Origin: Macrostomum lignano
Taxonomy: Eukaryota
Assembly: GCA_002269645.1 (NCBI GenBank)
Contig: NIVC01000292.1
Coordinates: 434,001 to 498,000 of the forward strand
Direction of reading: 5' to 3'
DNA length: 64,000 nucleotides
Shown here: positions 40,901 to 53,547 of the stretch, piece after piece
Layout of the letters: every line of letters begins with the position of its first letter
Position numbering within the stretch: position 1 is the stretch's first letter
Notes under the pieces: model-generated
The model's input: only the letters and a program-made list of their open reading frames with translations
Told to the model about the DNA's origin: nothing
Databases searched by the model: none
Translations under genes and position numbers: made by a program

Positions 40901-43469
40901 TGCTTCAGCTTGGCCAGCAACGACTCCGCGCCTGACTTGGACTTCAGCGACACATTCAGCGTGAAGCTGCAGCCGAACGCTCGCTTCAGAAACATCGAAG
41001 ACCCAGCGCACACGATCTTGCCGCCGCACAGGAAGATCTTGCGGTCCGCCAGGATGTCCGCCTCGTCCATGAACTGCGTGCACAGGATGATGGAGCGGGC
41101 GCTCTTCTCCTCCTGCAGCAGCTACCACAGCTGCCGCCTCGACACCGGGTCCAGTCCGCTCGTGGGCTCGTCGAGAAACACAACGTCCGGGTCGCCCAGC
41201 AGAGTCAGGATCGTGCTCACCTTCCTCTTCTGGCCGCCGCTCAGGTCGCAAGACAGCACATCCTCCTTGTCTCCGAGACCGAGTCTCTGCAGCATTCCGC
41301 GAGCTCTCTCAAGCTGGCTGGTGTCGCTGGCCGCCCTGCTGACCAGAGTGACTCGGATGCACTCCATCACAGTGAGCGAGTCGCAGAGGGCGTCGAACTG
41401 CGGACAGGTGCTGATCCGACCTCTGAGCGACAGACGGAGCAGCGAGTTCGTCACCAGACAGCCGCCGATGTGGGCCGTTCCCTCGTCTGGCAGCTCCTCG
41501 CCTGTGAGGATCTTAATAAGTGTCGACTTGCCAGCGCCGTTGTGTCCGATGAGAGCCGTGATCTGGCCTCGGTAAATCGTGCCTGCAGTTTTTAGGAATA
41601 TAAAATTAACATCTTAGAGAAAGAGCGTTAATTATTTAAGTACAGTGATGCTGCGAGATTTATTAAGTGTAGCAATGCCTAATGTGGCTGTTACATTCTC
41701 CAGTGTAAAAACAATTATTTACTTCTTTTAGCAGTATGCTATGTGGTCAGAATTTAAGGAGTAATAAACAATTCATTTTCTTATGATTAGTATAGAATAT
41801 AGATTGTATATACACACTAAATGCTTGCGCAAACAGCATATAGGCATATTGGTGATGCAGACTTACATGACAGCTGCTTCAACACGAGCCACTTCATTCT
41901 CCCGGAACAGCAGCCGCTGCTGTACGTCTTGCTGACCTCCTTGGCTTCAACAATCGAAGAAAGACCAATCACCGGCTCGATGTTGGGTTCGGATTTTTTC
42001 GCATCATTGCTTTTAGTATCTTCTATGGCAGCGCTTGTCGCCACCTGTGGCCGCCAGAAGCTGGCCCTGACTGGATAGCTCAGCGATAAGCAAAAGCCGT
42101 TGCCCGTCCTCACCAGAAAGTCCAAGTAAAATTTCAGCAGCATCAGGACGAAAAATCCTATCAAATTCGCGACTAGAATTTGAGACAGCCGGCTTGGATT
42201 GACCTTCGAATGTCTTTTTCCAGTCCAGAGACGCTCCTCGTCGAGGCTGAATTTTCCGCTAATGAACTCAGCGGAGAACAGTATTGGAAACAGGTGTAGC
42301 ATAACGGTCCCAGTGCTTTCCAAAAACTTACGGTTAGAAAATGCGGCGATGCAGACAATGCTGACGGCCATTGTAGATGAGACTACCAGAATGAATGACG
42401 GCAGCAGCAGCTCAAGCAGCAGTGCAAAGGCAGCCAGGTAGAGGCAGTAAAGCAGAAAGAAGCCAAATATGCTGGCCATGCCTGCAGCCGAGAATACGCC
42501 TGGACACTGAACTGTGTGAGATGCCGTATAAATTCCAGCAAAAACGAGACACTCAGTTAGAGTGACGAGCCAGATAACAAGCCAATAGGCGGATACCGAC
42601 AGTCCATTGCGAAACAGCTGCTGCAGGAAGCCTCCTGTCTTGAGTATTCGGATGCAGGATATGGTAGAGCTGAGCAGATAGAACATCATGCCAATAGCTG
42701 AAAGGCCGGCTGTGAAGCCTGTGCCCAGCTGAAACAAACTTTCAAGCGAGCCGTCCTTGACCCAGCCTGCACAGGTAGACTGCGGCAGGTCTGCATTCAG
42801 TTTCGCAGTCGAAGGCAGCTTATCAGCCGCCGAACTGTTGCTGGATTTAGTATGACGCTGCAAAAATAGCTGCAGGTTAATAAAATGCGCAGGTGAAAAT
42901 CGTTTCGCCATTGACTGAACCATGATGCTGTATAGAAAGGCGCACCTAAAGCTGGCCAGCTTGTACTGCTCTTCATCTTTAAAGCATTCAAGTACTGATC
43001 TTTTCGTTTCGGGTGTTTTTGAGTACCTGATAAGGGCAATCACTGACTCATCAGACCGATGGATGAACTGCTCCCTGCACTCGCTCTCTGAGCCGCAGTC
43101 TTCAATCCAGTTGGTGCTGCTGCCTCCGGACATCTGCACGATACTGGCTGCAGCCGTTGTCTCGGCGGAGAAGTCAGAACGGCCCGCCAGAACTTTGGCC
43201 TTTGATTTAGCAAAGTCCGCCGCTCCATAGGACAGGAATCGATCGTTCAATTCATCAGCGCCGGCGTTGGAAGTCGCGTGTGGTGTCAAGAACGGAAGCA
43301 CGTACTGGTTAGACATCAGCAGAGGTATTGGAATGATCAGAAAGGCGAAGCGCCATGACTTGAGCTTTAGCAGCAGCAGGAGCAGTTGTTTGCAGATCCA
43401 GAAGTAGCTTCCAGTCGTGGCTGAACGCTTGCTTTCATGTTGCTTATCGTCAATCTGGTTGCCTGACAT
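37948..43469 (-). pseudogene. ABCA-family transporter copy B (ABCA5/6-like), pseudogene; exons 43469-41867, 41582-38464, 38278-37948
   Basis: Same two intron positions as copies C and D. Lesions: CAG>TAG at 41124-41122 just after the NBD1 Walker B (SRRQLW*); a frameshift at about 40700-40610; an in-frame TAG at 40535-40533. The remaining TMD2-NBD2 frame (40499-38464) and the last exon are open. Confidence 0.85.
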
Positions 43470-43607
43470 TGGTTTGTTATATTTTTGTTGACTTTAACCT
43501 CGAGCTACCAATCGTATTGAGCAGAACTGGGGCCTAATACCTTTTAAATCTTTCAGTTGGCTTTGCGGCTTTTACTTTTTTAAAGCCAGCAAAGCTCTGC
43601 CCCCACA

Positions 43608-43642
43608 CATGGACTTCTATACTTAGTATATAGAAGTCCATG
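43608..43642. repeat. Perfect 14-bp inverted repeat with a 7-nt loop
   Basis: CATGGACTTCTATA-CTTAGTA-TATAGAAGTCCATG, flanked on both sides by CCCCACA. Confidence 0.9.
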
Positions 43643-43789
43643 CCCCACAACACCGCAAGGGTGCTGCGTCTCCTGCGCCGTACGTGCAGTGCCATAGACA
43701 GAACCGCATTTTCTCACGCCCAAATTTTCCCGACAGTTTTTTTTACCGCCGAGGTTTGGCTGCCTAGGTTATGCGGAACTATTAATACT

Positions 43790-44244
43790 AATCACCGGAA
43801 CTATTTTTGAATGCATTCTTAAATCTGAAGCCATATTCAAACAAAAAACTTTTTAATAGTTAGGATGGAGGTAACCAAAAAATTGGAGTAAATTCGCGTT
43901 AAATTAAGATTTGAGGCCTTTGAAACTTCTCTCCCCTTCTCGTATTTAACAATCTTCTCTTCTGTCTCCTCTCTTCTCTCTTCTCTTTCCTCTCTCCTTC
44001 CTTTCTTTTCTCGTCTCATCTATCACCTTATCTCGTGTCTCTACTCTCTCATCTCTCGTATCTCTCCTCTCCTCTCTGCTCTTCCATCCCTTCTCTCTCC
44101 TTTATTTTTCTTTATCTACTCTCCTTTTTTCTCTCCTCTTATGTTCTCTCTCATCTAATCTTTGACCTCTTCTCTCTCCTCTATTCCTACTCCTTTCTTC
44201 CCTCATCTGGCCCGCAGCCATGATCTCTTATCTGGCCCTCGAGG
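43790..44244 (-). mobile_element. Old, truncated solo copy of Helitron-like family 1
   Basis: AATCACCGGAACTATTTTTGAATGCATTCTTAAATCTG and AAACAAAAAACTTTTTAATAGTTAGGAT align to the array unit start. A short CT body follows, then CTCATCTGGCCCGCAGCCATG...TTATCTGGCCCTCGAGG, matching the body/core boundary. Confidence 0.8.
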
Positions 44245-44520
44245 ACTCACAACTGAAGGGTCGGGGTTCGATTCATTTTCTCGACTCACTTGGAACAAAC
44301 TGTGTCCTTGAGCAAGACACTTCACTCTGCATTGCTTCAGCTCACCCAGCTGTAAAATGGGTGCCACCAGCATTAGCTGGGGTAATTGGAGTGGGTGTGG
44401 CGACCCCCAGTCCTTGGACTGAACAGCCGTACGCAGCCTTCAGATGCGCCGCGCAATAGCTGCGACTTAGCTGTCGGTTGCACATCCGCCCATTAGGGTA
44501 GGTGTAATAAAAAATAATTA
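44245..44520 (+). mobile_element. tRNA-derived CORE-SINE, 5'-truncated
   Basis: B-box GGGGTTCGATTC at about 44261. The segment TGTGTCCTTGAGCAAGACACTTCACTCTGCATTGCTTCAGCTCACCCAGCTGTAAAATGGG matches the CORE (MIR-type) domain pattern. A-rich tail TAATAAAAAATAA. No A-box seen. Confidence 0.75.
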
Positions 44521-44800
44521 TGGTTGATCTCGGCCAGCTGAGCAGCCTTGAGCTGTCCAGCCGGGCGTGTAAAAGTTGCTGCTCTTCGCCTTCGCACTGC
44601 TGGCAGCAAATTTAGTGCTGATAAATGGAGGAGAGTTCCTGTTGCCGCTGGTGCTGCGAAACTCCTCCCACTGTCTGCAGACAGCCGCTCCGGAGTTCTT
44701 GGATATAAACCATAGTCTAGCCCGGGTGATGACGCAATGCTTGAGAGACTAGCTGAAGATGTCCGTCAGTTGTGGTTTTCCACTGTCGAGGCTCCATCAG
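44521..44800 (-). pseudogene. Decayed paralog of the LamG-like exon of the 2218-3337 gene
   Basis: GTTGATCTCGGCCAGCTGAGCAGCC-TGAGCTGTCCAGCCG is near-identical to 2230-2270. Translation ALRHHPG*TMVYIQEL aligns to YLRYWQPGQKYVYIQEF, and QWEEFRST...ISTKFAASSAKAKSSNF aligns to HWNEYRSS...IEAQFADNRVQKRSYEF. It carries a stop, a frameshift and an internal deletion, and its 3' end is cut by the SINE. Confidence 0.8.
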
Positions 44801-46454
44801 AGACATAAGAAATTTGCAACAGGGTCTTCATAGTCACCTGGTGTCAACTGTTGAAGTTCCAGAAGCTCCGCCTGGTGAAGTTATGAAATTTCGAGGCTTG
44901 GCAAGTCTGCACTGAGGCGCATTGCTGGTTGGCACAAAGGAAAAATCCGACCTTCTGGCACAATCGTTGAATATCTCTTTATGTCACTATTCCTTTGATA
45001 ATGCTGATCAATCAAAATACATCAATCTACTTTGTTTCATCAGAGTATTTCCAAGGGTGCTTGCGTTACTTGATTCATTGGAGCCAACGTTCCCGTTTTT
45101 CTGCTTTCATGGTTAAAGTACAGGTGCCCATCGAGGCATCGCGCATCCACTGTTTGCATGGCCAGTGATGTCGCCAGAGTGATGAACCGCGGGGCTCTTC
45201 GGTGAGGCGGTTACCCAACGAATGAACAACAACACACATAATCGTTTTTCAAGAATTTTGGCACTGAAAAGGTCTTCTTCTGGTCCTGTGCCACAAAGCT
45301 GTACCACCGGACTCAGTTACTGCGGTTTCAGCCGGTGTGGGATACCCGCGTCCTCAGCAAAATGGGTTCCGGCCCCATAGCGGATGAGTCATCGAAGAAT
45401 CGCGAATGCGCCTGTAGATCCTGATTGCTATCTTTATAGACTTTTTAATTCTGACGTCAGGGTCGTACTTCGAGCGTACAACATGACGCCATCAGGATCA
45501 GGGATGTCTCACAAAAGCTGATATACCGTTGATACCGGACGGCCTATCGGACTTCTTTGATACAACCCGTGAGGTGCTCAAGGGAGTCTAATGTTTGACT
45601 GGGTGTTTGACTGGACTGCTCTTCCTGCTTTCTGCTAAGCTAACGGGTGGATTGACGCCAGCTCAGCGTGCTTGGCTCAACCAGAGCTTAACCGTCCAGG
45701 GCACGATCCAACGACAGCTAAACAAGCTGCATGCTGTTGCAGCGAGTGCCAGCCTGATGGCCAACGCACAGAAGCTTGTTGAGCTCTGTGTTCAAGGCTG
45801 CAATTTTGTGCGGATACTGACGCACTGGCGACAAAACTTCAGCGCTGTCAGCAGTTTATCTGCCTCAGCGGTTGGGTTGCCAGGGGCTGCCTTTCGTTCT
45901 GGACGCTGACAGATCGCTCACAGCAATTTGATCCGAAGCACTCTGGCTTGCTGTGCGCCTTCAAAATCGGTGCTGAGCAAGGCTCCGACACAGCAGTATC
46001 GCTGCGCCGGCCTTGTCAGGCCAAGCGACCTGTTGCGCCGTCGGGGAGTCCAACTGGCAAACCACATCACCCGCGCCAAGTCATAGCTCTTTCACAAGGG
46101 GCGTTTCATCGACTGCTTGCTGGCTGACGCCGTTGCCCCGCCCTGTGACGCTGCTCCAGTTAAGACCCTGACTGAAAGCTGATGGTTAAAACCTACAGAA
46201 AAACAAAATTTAAAATTAAAAATAACTCAGAGCAGGAATATAAGCAAGATTCAGGCATCATAACAAAGAAAACTATTTAAAAACCACAATGCTCTCTTGT
46301 TGGAAGCTTCAGCGAGGCGAGACTACCATAGAGTACTGCTGAGTGCAGCAACATACAATTGCTCTATTCAGTAGGTGGGACGGACTTTGTTGCAGCCCAA
46401 CAGTGCAGAGTTTCGCAGTCGGCAAGCAAGCAACAAAAGCTACGAACCTCCTGA

Positions 46455-49400
46455 ATGCCACTCGTCAATAGAAAGCAGCCGTCAACAGCTGCGTCCAAGC
46501 CGGGGCAGACTCTGAACTCTAAAATATGGTTTGAACAGTTTAAGATGCTGCTTCTGCTGCTGCTGAAGCTCAAGGCAGCGCGCTTTGCTACAGTTTTTAT
46601 ACCCATAGCATTGGTAGCCTCCAGTCTTTATATAGTGCCTCTCCTTGGCGACATCAAATCGGAAACAGGAAAAAACGGCAGCGATCAGCGTGTCTTCTAC
46701 AGCGCCTCCGACTTTTCAGCATCGAAGGCCAAAGTTCTGGTTGACCGCTCCAGCTTCCCGGCTGAAACAGCAGCCGCGATCAGCATCATGAAAGCTGGAG
46801 GTGGCGATGCTAATTGGATTGAGGAGTGCGGGCCAGAGGCCGACTGCAGAGAGCGGTTCATCAATCTCGGAGGACACGAAGCCATTGTTGCCCTGATCCG
46901 CTACTCAAAAAAACCAGACGAATCGCGAGCTGTATTGGAATGTCTCCACCTTCATGGAGCCAAAGTCGATATCAGATGCGCTTTTCTGTACAAGGTGATG
47001 GTTCTGTCTGTCCAGGCAACCTTGGGGTTCGTGAATTTCAAAGAGATACAAATGTTTCAACTTTTTGAAAAATATTCAAACAATAGCGATCAGGTAGAGC
47101 GCTATGACAACGAAAAGACGAAATCCTTGCCAAACTCGGTTTGTGCCAATGGGGTTAAAAAAGATACATTTAGCCAATTGACGTCAATGTTTGTACGCAT
47201 CTCAGTCAGCCTGTCAGCGATCGGAGTGAACTTCTACCTGCTCGTCTCCACTGTATCCTGCATCCGCATGATCAAGACCGATGGCTTCCTGCAGCAGCTG
47301 TTTCGCAGCGGCCTGTCCGTGTCTGCCTATTGGCTGGTAATTTGGCTCGTCACTGCGCTCGAGTGCCTCTTTTTCGCGGGCGTTTTCACAGCATCGAACG
47401 CGCTGGAGTGTTTGGGAGTTTTTCCAGCCTCAGCCATGGCTCGAGTCTTCATCTTCTTCGCACTGTTTTGCCTCAACCTGGCTGCCTTCATGCTGCTGCT
47501 GGAGCTGCTGCTGCCACCTCTGGCACTCGTGTCCATGATGACCATAGTGATGAGCATCGGACTTCTGGTAGCAAGTTTCAACAGTACTTTTCTTCAAGAA
47601 CAAGCGAAATTCTTATTGTACATTTTTTCGCCACTGTTCGCCACCGAGTACATCATCAAGCTGTTCAACTCTGAGGTGAGGCGACAGTTCTCAGTAGCTG
47701 AGCTGAAGCATGAAGACGACTCTGAGCGACTCTCCCAGATTCTGACCTGGACAGCGATTGGGCTGCTGCTGTTTGCTCTGTTGCTGACTTATCTGGACTT
47801 CATGCTGAGCAGCGGCAATGGTCTTTGTCTACCACCGCACTACCCGTTCATGCCCGACTTCTGGTGCCCGAAAGGCCACAAGGACCGCAGCGACTCCGCT
47901 CCGAGCCAAGGCCCAGCAGAAAAGACCGAACTGAACATCGAACCCGTGATGGGGCTGCAACCCGTTGTCCTTGTGAAGGATGTCAGCAAGAAATATCAGA
48001 GCTGCTGTTTTTTCCTTTCAGACGGTCCAACTGTGCTAAAGAGACTGTCCTGTAAGCTGTTTCTCTGGCTCTGCCGTTGCCTAAAATCCAATTTTCCATG
48101 ACATACGCTCGTACTGCAAATTGAAAGTACCCAGGAGCTCCTGACATCTTAGAGCTGAGATAGTAGAACTGAGATGGAAGAGCTGAGATAGTAGAGCTGA
48201 GAACTTGGAGCTGAGATGATAGAGCTGATTCAGAATTAATTGTCAAGTACTACGAGGGGAGAAAAAACAATCAGTGCAAATCTTTCTATCGTAAAATTGT
48301 TTAATTGTCATTATCAAGATACCAGTGCACAGTGCAAAAAATTAAAATTATCAGTAACTGGCCAATCGCTATTAGTGGGGCGGGGGTTGTTTGCCGGCGC
48401 CCCTGTGTTTGGGGTGGGTCTTGTCGTGTATGGGGGAATAAATCGAAGCCTTTGAAGGGTGTGGATTTCGGTAGGGGGGGCTTTTTGGCTTGCTGTTCTC
48501 TCCTTCGCTTGGCTGGCGCTGCCTGATACAGCTAGCTATAAGTGATTTCCGCTCATTTCAAAATCAAATGCAGGCACGATTTACCGAGGCCAGATCACGG
48601 CTCTCATCGGACACAACGGCGCTGGCAAGTCGACGCTCATCAAGATCCTCACAGGCGAGGAGCTGCCAGACGAGGGAACGGCCCACATCGGCGGCTGTCT
48701 AGTGACGAACCCGCTGCTCCGTCTGTCGCTCAGAGGTCGGATCAGCACCTGTCCGCAGTTCGACGTCCTCTGCGACTCGCTCACTGTGATGGAGTGCATC
48801 CGAGTCACTCTGGTCAGCAGGGCGGCCAGCGACACCAGCCAGCTTGAGAGAGCTCGCGGAATGCTGCAGAGACTCGGTCTCGGAGACAAGGAGGATGTGC
48901 TGTCTTGCGACCTGAGCGGCGGTCAGAAGAGAAAGGTGAGCACGATCCTGGCTCTGCTGGGCGACCCGGACGTTGTGTTTCTCGACGAGCCAACGAGCGG
49001 ACTGGACCCGGTGTCGAGGCGGCAGCTGTGGCAGCTGCTGCAGGAGGAGAAAAGCGCCCGCTCCATCATCCTGTGCACGCAGTTCATGGACGAGGCGGAC
49101 ATCCTGGCGGACCGCAAGATCTTCCTGTGCGGCGGCAAGATCGTGTGCGCTGGGTCTTCGATGTTTCTGAAGCGAGCGTTCGGCTGCAGCTTCACGCTGA
49201 ATGTGTCGCTGAAGTCCAAGTCAGGCGCGGAGTCGCTGCTGGCCAAGCTGAAGCAGGTCCATGTCAAAAGCCTTGATGAAACCGAACTGCAGCTGGAGGT
49301 TCCCGCATTGAACTCGTCTGTTTTGACCGAGGCAGTTCAGGTTCTGGAGAACAGCAGAGAAGTCGAGACGTTCGGTCTGTCTCAGGCTTCTCTCGATGAC

Positions 49401-52400
49401 ATTTTCATGAGGCTGGGCGGGATGGATTCTGAAGACGTTGTTCGGGCATTTCAAGCGGGCACTCTGACGCTTTCCCAGCTTTCCCAGAAAAAATACTTAC
49501 CGGTTGAGACTCCCGTTAAGACGGAAGCTTCAAAGCCGTGGCTGATAAATTCTAACAAAGCAAAAACTTCTGCCCTGGTCCAGTTTGTCGCCTTGTTCAT
49601 TGTGAACATGAAGCGGCAGGTGCGGGATCCGTTCAATCTTGTGGGCAGAATTCTTGTGCCCGCCGCCCTGCTCGTAGCGATAGCTGTTGGCTCTGCTCGG
49701 TCAATAGATTTCGTGACGGAGAAGACAAATGCCTCAGCACAAAACCAGATGGATATTCTGGCCGTCCCTCAATCCATGCGACTCAGTTTTTTTGGAATGC
49801 AGGAGATTCCCATTGCGTGCGTTTCCGACGGAGACGCAAATCCCGTGTCCGTGGACGAGTGCAGGCGACTCGCTCTTCCAGAAGCGACTGGAAAGAAAGC
49901 ACCTAGTGCACCAATCCTTATCAAAAAGTCTCCATCTCAAAGCTTAGAGCAATTTCTGTCGCTGAAGTCAACCAAGGACAAGCTCTACGGCGAGTTGAAG
50001 GCGAAACAGGTCAAATATACGAGTATGAGAGAATTGATGCCATGCGCTGTGTATTACGCTTCGCCGTGGTTAAAAAGTGTAGCCAACACCGACCGATATG
50101 TGGGCGTTGGAATATTTTTTGGAGAAGAATTTTACTTACCTACAGCGCATGTTCACAAAAGAGCTCTTGTTCAATTGCTAATGTATTTCGGAATTCCGGG
50201 ACCGGAAGCAACCACCGCATTAGCGCTCATAGATAAATTTGACCATGCTTGGGTCAGTCTAGGATTTGAGTTGCGACTGTTTCTCCTACTAATGCCTTTG
50301 TTTGCAATCTCCTGCTTGAGCGATCCGATCGAAGACATGAGCAGCCGAGTGCGCAGCTACCTCGTAGCAACTGGCATGACGCACATGGCCTACTGGGTCA
50401 ACACATTTGTCACGCACTGGGTCCAGTACGCCATTTGCTACGTGATTGCTGTCGGGCTGCTAATGATGTCTCAGGCATACAACAGTGCTTACCTCGTACT
50501 AATCGCCTTCTTGCCGGCGTTTATTTTTGGAACCGTGTCCAACCTGCTGACTGTCTACGCCATCGCTGTACTCACAAGGAAAAGGAGCACCCTGGTCTCC
50601 ACAGGCTGCGTCCTGGTCTCTGTCCTTTTGCCCTCATTTGTAGTTATGTTTCAAAATTTTCCGGTTTATTTGAAACTACTCATTTGGATAGTTCCCACCA
50701 TGGCTCCCATTACCCTAATGTACTTCAGCACTGAGCATTTTTTATATAAGCTTGCCTACTATCAAATCATAGACGGCTCTGAGCTGCCTGGCATGATTGA
50801 CAGTCTGTGGACGAATTCCGGCATCTTCCACTCTCTCATAGCGATGCCGGTGCACATCATTATCTTGCTGGGCATCATTTTTGCCGTGGAAGAAAGCGCC
50901 GAAATCAAAGAGGCCGTGTGCCACCGCGGAGCCCAGACCAAGCCTGACAAGCTCGATAGCGACATGGAAGACGGCGCAAAGAAAGAAGCAGAGCGGGTGC
51001 TGGCGGCTCCCAGGAGCTCCAAGAACGTGCTGGAGGTTCGACAGCTGCAAAAGATTTATCCGAACGGAGTCAACGCTGTGCGAGGCGTCACCTTCGGAGC
51101 GATGGCCGGCGAGATCTTTGGTCTGCTGGGCGCGAATGGAGCCGGCAAGTCCACCTCTATGTCGGTGATTGTCGGCGAGGAGGCCGCGACGGAGGGCGTC
51201 TGCGAGGTCCGCGTGCAGGATGGTGCCTGGTTGTCTGGTCGGGAGGGATCCACAGTCGGCGCCATCGGCTACTGCCCGCAGTACAACCCGCTGTTCAACT
51301 GCATCACCGTGGCCGAGCACATCCGCTTCTACGCGGACATCCGCGGTCTGGACTCGATCGAGGCCGAGCGACAGACGATCCGGCTGATGCAGAGCCTCGG
51401 CCTGTCGCAGCACAGCGACAAGCAGGCCGGCCAGCTGTCGGGCGGCAACAAGCGGCGTCTCTGCCTCGCCATCGCTCTGCTGGGCGACCCGGCACTCATC
51501 GTCATCGACGAGGCCTCGACTGGCGTAGATCCCGAGAACAAGCGCTTCATCTGGGGCGCCATCCGTTACATGACAAAAAATAAAAGAGTTGTCATGGTCA
51601 CGACGCACAGCATGGAGGAGGTCGAGGCTCTGTGCAGTCGGGTCGGCATCATGAACAAGGGCAGGATGATCTCAGTGGGCACCGTGCAGCAGCTTTTGAG
51701 TCGGTAAGTTTGCATTACAAAAATTACATTCTCGCGAAAAAAGATAGCTTAGCGAGGTGTCTTAGTCTCATCAATGGTCCAGTCGCCTTAGGTCAGCATC
51801 TAGGATTTTGTACCTGGTTGCTACGATCTACAAGATTAGAATTTTGAGAGCTTTTAGTTATAGCGTTCCGGGGGCTCGTATATTTCTTGTGCGTTGCTAG
51901 ATCTTTAAGCTTACTGCGTAGTGTACAGTGTCGTTTATGGTTGATGGGGAAGGAACGATGGGAAAAATACAGCAACCATTAAGCTTATAGTAACTGCTAC
52001 AACTACCTCCCTCCAAAGGGAAGGTAAATTAAGGAGGGATCATAAGCAGGTGGTGCCTTTTGGAATGTGAAGAAAACAGGCATGTGCGCAGCAGATCGAC
52101 ATGTAGTTCAATCAAAAGTGCTAACTAAACTACTAAATAATGTGGAGCTCGCATCAGTTCACGTTTCTTCACGGAGGTAAATTGCGTGTCGTTATATGCA
52201 TACTGGCTTCGGTAGGGAGATGTCAAAATACTTATAGGAAGTCGGCTCCAGCGGTGGTGGCTTTTGGCATGCGGCAGTGTTGAGCGGGTTAATCACGAAA
52301 TGGTGAAGAACTTGAGTCTGGTGGCACAAAAACGGAAACATGAACTGACAGATCGCGCGGCGCGTCGTCAGCGATCTGTGTTTAGCTGGAAGGCTGAGGA

Positions 52401-53547
52401 TGTGCGAGGTGGTGCAGTCCCAAATCCAATCCATCTGGAACGAGTTCGTGTCGAATTGTTGGACACGCTCGTATTAGCAGCTCCGAGACATCGTAGAAGA
52501 GTCAGCTGTAGGCTTTGAGCTGACGTTTAGTCGCCGAAGAATTGGCAGCTAGCTACTCGATCTGCACTTGTGGCCAGTCCTAGTTGAATTTGACTGGCTG
52601 GTTAAACCGTCTAGCTAGACTGTTGACAGTGCAAAATCGTGTTGTGCCGATGGTGCGTGATGCCACGCAAACCATATCAGAGCACGAGGCTCTGGCCCAC
52701 GCTCTGCTACGTCAGCAGAGGCTAATTGTGCTCCCAGTTTGGAGCTGCAGCAGCTGGTGGACACTGCGTACTCTGCGATGCTGGGCTCTGCGTTGGGGCG
52801 TGCGCTGCGGCCCGGGCTCGGAGTCCAACGTCGCTAGGGCCTAATGCGGCCTTCTGAGCTGCGCGAGAGGTGACTCAGGATGGCTGGCCACGTCATCCGG
52901 TCGGAAAGTCGCTGCCTCGAGCCGCTACACGACTAGCTTTTGTGGACGGCGCAGGGTCCGCGGAGACGAGGACGACGGCGAACGATGCGCTACCCCGACA
53001 GCTGCTCCTGAGGGATGCGAGAGCTCCCGTTCGGACTCTGACTAGGGGCGCTGACTTTTTGAGAAGGACCGCCCTAAAGGTGTTTGACATCTCCCCTCCT
53101 GTGTCCACTCGTGGCCGGCGAGAGGTGTATTTTTGTTGCTGTTTTTGTTGCTATTGCAGGCAATGGGGCATTTTTATTGACACCCGCAGCTATGGAGACG
53201 CGTACACGCTGGAGCTGCTGCTGGCCCCGGAGACCGAGCCAGTAGTCAGACAGAAAAAGCTGATCATCAAGAAAGTGGTGTCGGAGCAGTTCAAAGGAGC
53301 GCAGACGCAGGAGGACCTCGGCATCGGCCTGGTCATGCAGTTCTCGCTGCCCAAGTCGTCAGTGCGCAGCCTGTCGGGTGCACTGAGGTGGATCTCAGTC
53401 CTTCAGAGCCGTCTAGGCGTGAGCTACTGGGCCCTCTACCAGATATCGCTGGATCAGGTGTTCGTGAAGCTGGTGAAGATGTTCGACCGTCCGGTCCCGA
53501 AGCCTGCAGGAAGAAGTCAAGAATACTTCAGAAGAAGACATCCTTAA
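46455..53547 (+). CDS. Full-length ABCA-family lipid transporter copy C (ABCA5/6-like), 1,694 aa; exons 46455-48051, 48574-51703, 53190-53547
   Basis: 1597+3130+358 = 5085 nt, spliced in frame through GT-AG introns. Architecture TMD1/ECD1-NBD1-TMD2/ECD2-NBD2. NBD1: TIYRGQITALIGHNGAGKST, LSGGQKRK, FLDEPTSGLD, CTQFMDEADILADRK. NBD2: GANGAGKST, LSGGNKRR, IDEASTGVD, TTHSMEE, GTVQQLLSRYG. Confidence 0.92.
48150..48232. repeat. Short degenerate ~14-bp tandem repeat (AGAGCTGAGATAGT) in intron 1 of copy C
   Basis: About six imperfect AG(A/C)CTGAGAT units. Confidence 0.7.
52260..52400 (+). mobile_element. Possible LTR-retrotransposon integrase fragment
   Basis: GSVERVNHEMVKNL resembles the integrase G.vER.N motif; very short. 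Confidence 0.3.
52580..53080 (+). mobile_element. Decayed 3' fragment of an RTE-clade LINE in intron 2 of copy C
   Basis: Frameshifted translation ELQQLVDTAYSAML...RER*LRMAGHVIRSE...LLWTAQGPRRRGRRRTMRYPD matches the RTE ORF2 C-terminal pattern Y.RML...R.LR.AGH..R...LLW...G.R.RG. Confidence 0.55.

Noticed and set aside
44820-44910. FHNF...RRSF as a relic of LamG exon 1
   Set aside because: The match is too short to separate from chance; only the exon 2 relic is reported.
45595-46130. ORF with a hydrophobic N-terminus
   Set aside because: Non-ATG start, frame breaks and no domain match; possibly a decayed gene.
46455-51707. Separate TMD-only and NBD-TMD-NBD genes, as implied by the ORF track
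   Set aside because: Conserved GT-AG introns join them in frame into one full transporter.
46455-53547. Bacterial origin (HGT) of the intron-poor, GC-rich ABC genes
   Set aside because: Motifs are those of metazoan ABCA5-like full transporters, and spliceosomal introns are shared by all copies.
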